Assembly: GCA_040954595.2 (NCBI GenBank)
Contig: CM082589.2
Span: 6,135,186-6,199,185 of the forward strand
Source of the DNA: Balanoglossus misakiensis
Lineage: Eukaryota > Animalia > Hemichordata
Direction: 5' to 3'
Length of the DNA: 64,000 nt
Every line of letters begins with the position of its first letter. Position 1 is the first letter of the stretch. The notes under the pieces were generated by a model. The model was not told the DNA's origin. It saw only the letters and a program-made list of their open reading frames with translations, and ran no database searches. The translations under genes were made by a program, and so were the position numbers. Shown here one piece after another: positions 53,801 through 64,000 of this stretch.

Positions 53801-55460
53801 TCTCCGAAGAATCCACTCGATTACGTTCCCACACCCCGCAAACAAATCGCATAAAGTCTCGAACCTTGAAGTTCGAAAACACAGAGAGAAAATGAAATTC
53901 GAAATTACCACCAATCTCTACGTCAAGTCCACAGAGAAAATTTAACCTCGATTTTTGATGAAAACAAGACGACGAACACCAGTTCTGAAAATCTGTCCCC
54001 GAGACGCGAAACCTCAATTCAGCCCAAAACTTCTCTCTCTCTCTTTTCTTTCATGTGCGTCTTTTCTGTCAGGTGAATTTTAAAGCTATTTGTGCCATGA
54101 CGTCATGGTATCGAGATTCCTGGCAAAACAAGGATTAAGCACACAGCTTACAAATTACACTGACATACAGGCATGGCGTATCGACCCGCCTTAGTCCTAC
54201 CTTTGCTGATGCGTGCTAGGAATGGCACGGATTTCTAAATAGTTTGTCTTGTGTATATTTACTGCCTTTTTTGTGGTGTTCACAGCGGAATGAAATCTGT
54301 GGCGTGTACTAGTAAATAGGCCCAGTGTTGTTTCCAATTTGGCAAAAAGTTATGATCTACCTGCACGCATCCACCGTGTCGTTCTGCTTCGCTCCATTAC
54401 GACCCGCCCTTTCCACGGTAAACCAACGGCGTGTCACATTGCAAATGCCTCGCCACGCATCAGGCGGGGAGATATATTAGTAACGTACACTGAATATCAC
54501 CACACTAGGAGCGGAAAATACATTTTCAAATAGCAGTTTCGGAAGCATATCCAACACACCATCCATGCAAAGAAGGAAGGAAGAAAACGGACAAAGCGTT
54601 ATTTCTTTGAAACCTGTTCCATATACGATAGCCAATTCTCGAGAACACCGGCGTGCTTCGCAAATGTGAGCGCATGCTGTAACTTGATTAAAGTGGAAAT
54701 TCCTTTTAGAAAACGTTCAACTCGCCGTTTAGGTTCTTATGCTTGGCACTTGCCCATGAAACCGTGCACGGATTGGTCGGAACAGGTCGAGAGTGACGAC
54801 GGCATGTATTGACAAGGTTCAAGCTTTATACGTATTCGTTGGTGGCGCTCTGTCTGTAGAAAAATCACCGCGCAGCGCGTCTCTTTCCGTCTCCGGTCCT
54901 ATACCCGCAGTTGAACAACCAATTAACTATCTGTGACGTGTCAGTATAAAAATTCCACTCAGACATGCAACGACAAGCTAATGAACGATCTAATTAATTC
55001 GGAACGAACGATTCTTTGCGCATACAGGTTCAAATTATCGCCGGTCTCACTATAATGACAGTGCTATCAATGATAGTAAATTTTCAGGTACCGAAATAAT
55101 TTCTGCTGTAGCCTGGTGAATGTTGTCAAACAAACTACACGCATAATCGACATATTTGCATATATACGTGAAAACAATAGAGCAGATCACCCCGTATGAT
55201 CGATAATAACTCGTCCAGAAATAATTGATGGTATGTTCCATTTAATACACTGGTCGGAAATTGCTGATTCTACATCTAGCTACGTGATCGTCCCGTGGTT
55301 CTGAAGGAAAACGATTTTGGATTTGGAGTCGAGATTGATAGTGTACATCGCAATTTACAGGTGTTGCATATACTGGGTGTGGTAGTGTCCTGTATTGCAG
55401 TATTAGGGCTTTTAATATCTAGAATTGGTCAGTGAGGAGCGTAGAAAACCGATTTCGAAC

Positions 55461-57333
55461 ATGTCGACCGACAATCCTGTCTCGCCGCACAAGGTGGGTA
55501 ATTAATAATAGTGTCTTACAAATTCAGTTTCGTTTAATTACGTACAACCCGGCTAAATAACAGTCGATTAATTTCATCACCAAACGAGACTTGGGCAATC
55601 GGGACTTGTGTGCAATTGAATATTTCGAGCGAACTCGCCCCCATGTATCTTAACCGTCGATCATTCCCACATAAAACATTCCACTCGCGTGTTTGACCTG
55701 TGATCTCCCTAAATGTTTCGCCAGATATCGTTGAAATTCCAGTCGATTTTTGGTAAAGCTGAAATATGAAGTACAATTTTATTTTGTAAAATAGAGGTCT
55801 ACAAGCTGTGACGTAGAAACGCGCCTACGATATTTTTGACACAATGCATAGCCCCTATAGTATTGAATCGATCTGTAGGCCCTACACAATACATTGACTA
55901 ATCAATTGCATTTGCTAGTACATGTATTTTGAATCATATACATACGTACACAGTCGGAGGCTACACAGATGACATTTATTTTGCGATATGCAGTGTCATC
56001 ACACAGAATATATATGTATTTGAAAGTGCGCAATAGACCACAAGGCCATTGACTGCCAGGTCACGTTATTCATTAATCAGGTGACCAGTCGAGCATTTGA
56101 GAATGCAAGGAATTCATCGCTGGCGAAAATGGGCCGATATTATGATGTTCTCATAACGCCATTGAAAGTATTTCATGTTATATAATACGTTTTCTATCGT
56201 AAAGAATTGTGAATGCTAAAACGTATAAGCGTCAATGAAATGAATAGGACAGTATCGTAATTATTTACATATCGGTTGTAACAAATAATTTCTCTCTCCT
56301 TCCTGCAGGGCGAAATTTTGTCTGAAAAGCAGATATCGAGTAAGTACAGCACGAATTCACGGATACTCAAGTACATATCCCGCCTACAGAGCGAATCAAC
56401 GTGTAATGCTTGCTGTGTTACTTGGAAACATTGAACACGTGAGATTTTTATTTGATAAAAACATGTACGATTATTATTCAGTTGGGGAATCATGTCGTGA
56501 AAATACCACCGGCCGCGATACTGATAATTTTAATGTCTCCATTTCTAGAATTAAAAGAAGTGTTTTCACTGTTTGACAAGGATGATGATGGCGCCATCAC
56601 CGTCAAGGAACTGGAGACCATTCTGAGAACCATGGGACCCTTGATCACAGAACGCGAGATTCGAGATATCGTCAAAAACAGAAAAGACGGTAAGTTATCC
56701 GTAAGGTGGTTAAAAAAAATAGAGCATGAAGTACTTCACTATAGAATTCCCATGGAGGTGTCATTATTTCCAATACAGGTTTCATCAGACACGAAGCTGT
56801 ACGTTTTGCCAATTAAAACTCACCACGTGTCCAATTTGCATTTCAGCTGTCTTCGTCGAATCGGACAACGTCGATTTCCCAGAGTTCCTCACGATAATGG
56901 CGAGTAGGATGAGAAGGCCCGAGACAGACGAAAAAGAGACGATACGAGCGTTCCGAATCTTTGAAAAGGACGCCGAGGGCTTCATCAAAACTTCGGAAAT
57001 CCGACACATCTTGAGTGAAGTCGGTGAGAAATTAACCGAAGAAGAAATGGAAGAGATAATAAGTGATCTGGACTCGAATAATGACGGCCTTATTAAGTAT
57101 GACGGTATGACCAATATCATGCAATATGCCATTTATGTACTGACCGAACGATTGAAAGAAAGCTGAAACTTAGGACTGATGGGCTGAAAGCCTCGCTGAA
57201 TACTTGTGGCTTGCTAAGATTCTAGATTTAGCAGAGTGACAGACTGACCAATGACGTAATCAACAGCTTAGTGACACGGTTTGAATTTTTCTTTTAAATT
57301 TCAGAATTCGTCCGAAGTCTTCTAGCGCCATGA
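55461..57333 (+). CDS. Divergent calmodulin-like EF-hand protein
   Basis: Exons 56309-56339 (31 nt, as in calmodulin exon 2), 56549-56689, 56847-57104, 57305-57333. LKEVFSLFDKDDDGAITVKEL..VDFPEFLTIM..GEKLTEEEM..DSNNDGLIKYDEF. The start exon is uncertain (55461-55493, or ATG 55228-55230). Confidence 0.88.
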
Positions 57334-58010
57334 CAGATGTTTTTAAAACTCGCGGCCGAAGTGTCGATTCAACGAAACCATCTTTGCAGGAGATTTGCTT
57401 GCATAAAACATTTTACTAATAAACGCCTGGAAAAATCGAGGGATTCACACCTTTCTAGTTCTTTCGATTATCGATCGAGCAATCAATCAATCATTCGATC
57501 TAATACAGCGAATACAGTATAGAGATGGTACCATTGATACAGAAACACACACAGAAAACGATCTGCAAAATTCAGTATATTAAATTTTTTATACATTTAT
57601 TTTTATTTTGTGTTATTTGATTAATATGACATTTCACAGCTGTGATCTTCTGTAACAGACATGCGCAGGATAAATTACAGTGCGTTCTGTCATAGACCCA
57701 GGAGGGTCTATGGTCACATATAATCACTTCGTCGCACTGATCGCGTATAAAGCTAGGCTGCACCAGCAGTCAAACTTATGGAACAAATATATCAGTACTG
57801 TGTATGCACATCGCGTATGATCATCCATTTATAAAAGGAATGCAAACATATATCTATTGTAAAATATGAGCCAGTAAAAATATTAAGGCTATCACCAGAA
57901 GACAAAAATGTTGGCACCATTTCAACTCTGTATAAGTGTAAAGTGTTTTTGATATAATTGGTACTTCCGGGATGAGAATATCTAACCGGAAGCAGACGAC
58001 TCTATATACC

Positions 58011-58432
58011 GAACATTTTAATGACTCTTTTTGTTTAATAATACATGTATATGTAAATGTAAAAAATGTACTGTATACTCGATCTTTGGGAAAATTTTGC
58101 ATGCGTATCTATGTAAATGTGTATATACAGTATTCGCCAACTATTTCTATCCTTTGCTGGTCTGCGAGCTGATGCGGTGGGTTGCGGTTATCCAGACATA
58201 TTTTGTGCGGATGTCATGAGTGAACATTTTAATGACTCTTTTTGTTTAATAATACATGTATATGTAAATGTAAAAAATGTACTGTATACTCGATCTTTGG
58301 GAAAATTTTGCATGCGTATCTATGTAAATGTGTATATACAGTATTCGCCAACTATTTCTATCCTTTGCTGGTCTGCGAGCTGATGCGGTGGGTTGCGGTT
58401 ATCCAGACATATTTTGTGCGGATGTCATGAGT
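58011..58432. repeat. 211-bp tandem duplication
   Basis: 58011-58221 = 58222-58432, apparently identical. Confidence 0.95.
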
Positions 58433-58566
58433 GACGTAACGAATATACAACACTGAGAGTGATAAGCACATTGGCCATAATGCTCGTCGAACCTTTTGTT
58501 TCTTTTATGACTAGTCGATCAATATGCGCTGTAAATCACCGTTATGTAAATCAGGTGACGTCTTCA

Positions 58567-59889
58567 TTAACAAGCGCTGGACTCGAGATCCAGACGGTAC
58601 ACTGGCTTCTGTTTCGTGTGTTTGTGTTCCTTTTTGTCGACGCATTCACTGCTTCGTCTTGTCTCATTTGAATTCCCATGATTCATGCCAATACCACTGT
58701 TGCCGGCGTCATTCTCAACATTTGGCGACGTCACCATTTTGTGCGGATCCTGCAGGTTGTCCTGTGTGCGCAAGCGTGATTTCTTCTTTTTGGCGACCCG
58801 CACGTTGCTCAGGTTAGCTCTCTCCGAATCGGTGTCTGACGATGTAGTGGAACACGCTCTCTGCAAATGCCTGCTTGGTTTCCTTGCATTGTTCGGTTTT
58901 GTAACTTTTGGACGCTTTCCGGTGGCGTTTTCGTGGTTGAGCTGATCTTTGTTGTCTTTCATTTCAATTACACCGTTTTGCGCCTCCGTGGGTCCGTTCT
59001 GCGTTCCATGCCGGGCCTTGCTGTTGGCCACATCGTTAGTATCATAAGCCTCGGTTGATTGTAGCGGTGGTCGATTGTCATGCGAGTCACTCCCAATCAG
59101 CGCCACCCTGCCGCCTTGATGTGTCATGCTTTCGTTTCCCTTTTGATGAACGATGCTTCGCCGCAAGGTATTTATTCGAATGTCATCGTCCAGTTCTTTA
59201 AACCTTTCGGTAAAACATAAAATATGCGTTAGCCAAGTAGCCACTGCATTGGTTGTATATACATCAAGCAAGCTGTTCTTTTTTACGCAATTGTCATTTA
59301 GGTACAATGCGCCTCTCTGGCCAATGGAAAAGGGCGGTCCGTGGAGTTGAGCAAGTGTGTTTACGAGGTGCATTGGGCCACCGACAATCAGTCAAAATGT
59401 TGATAAAATTCGTCTGTTTTACGACGATGGTTGACAACTTACCTTCTCCTGGCTCGAACGAAGAGTATTATCAGTGCGATTATAACCAGAATGATAAACA
59501 GCGCCGCCACGCCTATGCCAACCCATATGAGAACCACTGTCACAAAAAATAAACAAAGTAAACAGCATTTTCTAGGGTCCAATGTTTAGCGCTTTGAAAA
59601 CAACTTTTGAAGGTTTATTTGCATACGTACAGTCAGAGCAGTAACCAGGGATTCTATATTGGCCCACGCCTATGTTTTATACGCGACGGCTTCTGCATAA
59701 AACTGGGAATTAAGAAGTTTTTCGTTTCTATATTTCAGTCAAGTGGAAGGAAACCACTGTGAGACTATTTCAGTTAATCTCTGATCTTCCACAGGAATCG
59801 GCTATGGTTCTGGAGTACATCACTAACGGAAGTCACGTGTCGTCAAACTCATTACCTTTCGGTTCGCTTGACTCGGTATTCCGGTCCAT
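58567..59889 (-). CDS. Uncharacterised type III single-pass membrane protein (~255 aa)
   Basis: Exons 59856-59889 (MDRNTESSEPK), 59443-59536 (TM VVLIWVGIGVAALFIILVIIALIILFV + RARR), 58567-59203 (disordered tail ending LESSAC). Upstream non-coding exon with donor at 60403. Confidence 0.75.
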
Positions 59890-61179
59890 TTTCCTTATGG
59901 TCGGGTCACTTAAATGTCAAACACAGAATCAGATAAATCAGATACCGACTAACTATAGCTGTAAATAAAAACAATAATACAACTGTGACAATTAACTTTT
60001 CCAGCACATCAAGAAAGGGCGACCACCCGGTCCAAAATCTCGCATGCAATTATAAGTCAAGGAGACTCGATAGAATAACAGCCTGAATGGTACGTGACCG
60101 AGGATAATATTTCGATTAATGTACAGGTTATTGTGGAAAATAATACTTTAATTTAACGCGTTTCTATACACGGACAGAACCATTATGCCAAGTAGCTCTA
60201 TGCACCAAGCATATAAGCTAAAACACAGACGACTGCAAACTGCCAGACACACTCACACCAGGAAGACAACAATCCGAAAATCCAAATGGTGTCCACTACG
60301 TGCAATTTAACACACAGAGACAGCGATCATTGTTGTTTCAGTATATACATGTAGGCCTATAGGCCCATCTGGTGGTAACACAATACATGGCATGAATTCT
60401 TACCTGCCTAATCCCAGCAGACAACAGGAGGTTTCCGAAACTGCAGGCGACAGTCATGTGGAAGGTAGAAGACCATACCACGGAGTCGAATTGGTCTGAA
60501 CACAAACAAACGGTGGACAGCGATTCAAAATGGCCGAGGACACCCTGGGTGTTGTCAGAAGGTATTTAATAGAACATAAAAGAATTTCATGGTCTCCTGT
60601 TCTCATGAATAATGCATGACCGACACTTGCGTATATATTCATTAAGGTGAGTCAGGTCAAACGAGTGAAAGTCTTTCATATGCAAACGAATTGCATTCCT
60701 GACATTTTGTCGTTATGTATACATGTACTCAAATATCTCAACCAAAAGTATGGCAGTTTCATGGTTGTTAAATACCACCTAAGTCGTTCTACAGACACAC
60801 CTAGCAATACTGGCAACTTTTTTTATTTACGAACGATAAAAATGTTGTATAAGCAAAAAGATCCGCTTTGGGGCGGATCTCGACATATCATGAGAGAGCG
60901 CCCTTTAACACATGACAAAAATACGTATAATACAGAAAGCTGCTATTACTGTCCACAATACAATAATACGACTATTTGCTGTGATAAGATTTTACTAGTA
61001 TTGTTTTCTATAAACTAAACAAACCTTCATTTTGATTGTTGTTGATCACATAAAATAAATACAAATTTATTGGAATGACTTTACGGAAAACGGAAGCCTC
61101 TTTTTATAAAATTCGTCCCACTTTGCAAGCGAGTACAACTGTGCTGACGAAATAGACCAAAAGGAGTTAACAGATAACA

Positions 61180-63890
61180 TCACACAAGTGTCACTGATTT
61201 TTCGTACAGGATGTTGTCAACCATCTGTTCTTCTGTTTCACTGGATTCCGATGATGCATCTTCATCGGTGTCTGTGCGCACGCGCTCTTCTTCGGCCGTG
61301 CTCGATTCGTGACTCGGCGGCCCGTCATCTCCGCCGTCGTCATGACGCCCGCGATCTGCGCCGTACTCGGGCGGGGAGTCTGCTGCGCCTGGCGGCGGTT
61401 CCCGTTGGGGGTCGGAGTCCGGGCGCACGCTCTCTTCCCCGGCAGTGATTGGTTCACGAACCGCCTCGTCACCGCTGTCGACGTGGCGCCTGCGGTTTTT
61501 GTTCACTTTGGCGTACTCAGGGAGGGGGTCCGGCCCTCTGCCCTGCGCGTTTGATCCGTGCTCTAAAAATGAGGTTTCTTCGGTCGAAGTCTCGTCGTCC
61601 CTTTCGCCGTCTCTCGGTCTTGCGCCACATTCCTCGTAGCCTACAATCTTGTCTTCTGCGTTATGACGTTCCCTTGTCGGGTAGGAAGGAATTCTGGTTA
61701 GGCGGGTCTCGTTGTTGGGAGAGTCACTTGACAAGATAACGTCGCATGGGACTTCGGTTAATATCGTTGGCTCGCCTTCAGTTTTATGGTCCGCATTTTT
61801 ATTTTCCTTTACCCTTTTCTTCCTTATCCTAGGGGCGAAAAATTAAAATTTACTTACAATAGTTAAGTCACTAAAATATGGTTGCATTACATGACAATAT
61901 AAATGAAGACACCTGGATTTATATTTACAATAGTTATGTTAAGTAGTGTTATGTGACGCCACTTACGTGATAAACAAGATGATGAAAATCACGACCATAA
62001 TTGCCAGGATACAGACAACAATTCCCACTATGGCCCCTACAAAAGATTTCAAGAGTTAGTTTGAAAACAAAAACTATCGCTTAGTAAATAATATATGATA
62101 GAGATAGAGAGATTCGACCTATTTTCAAGTTGCAGTATTATCAACCAAAATCTCATGGTCAAGATACAACTCTGCGTAAATGCGATAAGTGTTCAAACTT
62201 GACCATATTTGCCTGATTGAAATCGCTTGTTGAGCAGATTAAAGTGTTTTTCTTCACTGGGAAATCTTACCGGTTGACAATGCTCCTGCTGAGTGTGGCG
62301 AGGCTATGGCTGTAAATGAAAATACAACACAGAGAAAGAATTGTTATCATAACCAAGTAGAGTAATGCTAATGCCATGATTGTGTCATTGAATGGATGAA
62401 TGAATGGAAGAACGAACGACTGATTGCATGGACTATGGGCTTGCTGGCACACGGGACTGAAATTGCCTTTCTCGATTGCAACACAACGGTTAATAACAAA
62501 CTCACAGAAAATGAAATTACACTTTCTGCAAATTCATACCTTCATAATTGATCACAAAGCCCCTGCCATCGATTGCACCATCAGACACGAAAATTAGAAG
62601 CACCGCTGATGACGTGGAATCGACGGGGTATGGAAGCACTCCGTTGCCGTACGTGTTACCAGTGATGCGGGCCAATAGCGGAGACCCCTCGGAAGACCCG
62701 TCTCGTATCTCCAGCCAATCGCTGGCATCTCGATTCATTTCGAACACTATAAAGTGAAGTCGTATGATCTTGTTTCCATTGGCCCGAACAAGCCACTGGC
62801 ATTCGGAATCGGCGGGATAATCACCGGGAAATCCGGGCGACACTATCGTTCCATTCTCCGGGGTTGCTCCATCGGGCGACGTGGTGGCGATCTGACCACA
62901 GCTGCCATATCGTGCTGTGTGAAGATACGTTAGGCATTTTACTATACCATAACATATGCATTTGTATGTTCCTGATAGTAATCGTGGTTTATACAGCGTC
63001 TCGACTGGTACTCTGAATCAAATATTCTATGATCTTTGACACTGGAAGTTATGTGGTCGAGAAATTATCAGGTTTACTTTGTTTCCATAATCAGTAAAAA
63101 TGCACAACTTGGCCAAGGGGAATGTACTCACTGTCGTACACGCTATAGTAGTCGTAGCCACCACACGCTTGATACCCATTGGCAACGCATGTACTGTTGC
63201 AAAACCAGTTTTCTGCTCGAGCTGACACCAGACCCGTGACGTCACTGCTGCAGTAGCACTCTCGGCTGCGACGTAGGCCGGAGAGGATGTGCTCGCTGTC
63301 GCGACAGAATCGGAGGCAACGCTCGATCGTCATGTCGTCGGTGATCAGTTTAGGCGCGTCGGCTGGAAAGGATGGGCTGTTGGCATGGTAACAACCCATG
63401 TATCCCGGCGCTGTGGTGCAAATGTGAGAAGGATAGTGATTTATATGCTAAGTGAATATCAGAAGCGAGAATCTTGAGAAACGTGAAAAGATAATCAATA
63501 TATGCAGGTGAGAGACAGACTTATTCATCATTCCGCCCGTCCGTCGGTCCATCAACCTACCTACCTACATGTACCTACCCAACCATCCGCCCATCCAATC
63601 CCGGACCGGCAAACGCCAATCCATAAAACCACCTGCCCGTCCGTCCCTCTAATTGCCTGCCTACAAAATAGGCAACAGCACCATTTTTGCAGGCTACGTA
63701 CCGTTACACGTGACACTGGCCTCGTCTGAGTTTCTAGCACAGTCCCCGGCTGCGATATTGCTTCGGCCACACCCAGAAATGCTGTTCTCGTCACCATAGC
63801 AATCGACGTCCTTTACAAGATATCCGATGTTGTCGTCGTCTGGATTCTGTGATATCCGAGCAGAAGCTAGCATTGCACCCATGTTGTGCC
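61180..63890 (-). CDS. SRCR-WSC-CUB type I receptor, 5'-partial (continues past window end)
   Basis: Exons 63702-63890 (SRCR half: DVDCYGDENSISGC..EASVTC), 63132-63410 (WSC: YMGCY..MTIERCLRFC..ECYC..CGG), 62540-62914 (CUB: SPGFPGDYP..CQW..DWLEIRDG..FVSDG..GF), 62271-62309 stalk, 61967-62036 TM, 61180-61828 tail ending SVTLV. Confidence 0.9.
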
Positions 63891-64000
63891 CTAAAAAGTC
63901 ATAAAACACTGATCAGAATGTCGGATTGTACATTAATTTATTCCGATGCTGAACTTTTAGCACACCACATTCTGAAATAGTGTGGAGACAGATATTATCT

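Overview
Intron-rich animal genomic DNA. Gene style and MITE types suggest a marine invertebrate, possibly a hemichordate-like deuterostome (inference only). Nine spliced protein-coding genes can be reconstructed by hand: RPS12 (+, 320-3534); an ectodomain-less single-pass membrane protein with a ~660-aa Tyr-motif-rich tail (-, 4432-6988); a 2xMAM type I membrane protein (-, 11808-15062); nucleoprotein TPR (-, 16596-38762); secreted 2xSMB-EndoU/ENDOU (+, 39544-42374); bHLH TCF24-like (-, 45054-50327); a divergent calmodulin-like protein (+, ~55461-57333); a second ectodomain-less single-pass protein (-, 58567-59889); and the 3' part of an SRCR-WSC-CUB receptor (-, 61180->63890). There are also TTAA-flanked MITEs, tandem duplications and microsatellites. 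Most interesting: (1) the same layout occurs twice, a receptor gene followed by an ectodomain-less TM+tail gene with splice-compatible TM exons and a shared 19-nt 5' motif; (2) one of these proteins looks like a LAT/PAG-type adaptor; (3) TPR has a duplicated two-exon cassette of exactly 5 heptads; (4) RPS12 introns 2 and 5 appear packed with structured domains and orphan C/D-box elements. All structures and alignments were read by eye; nothing was computed or searched.
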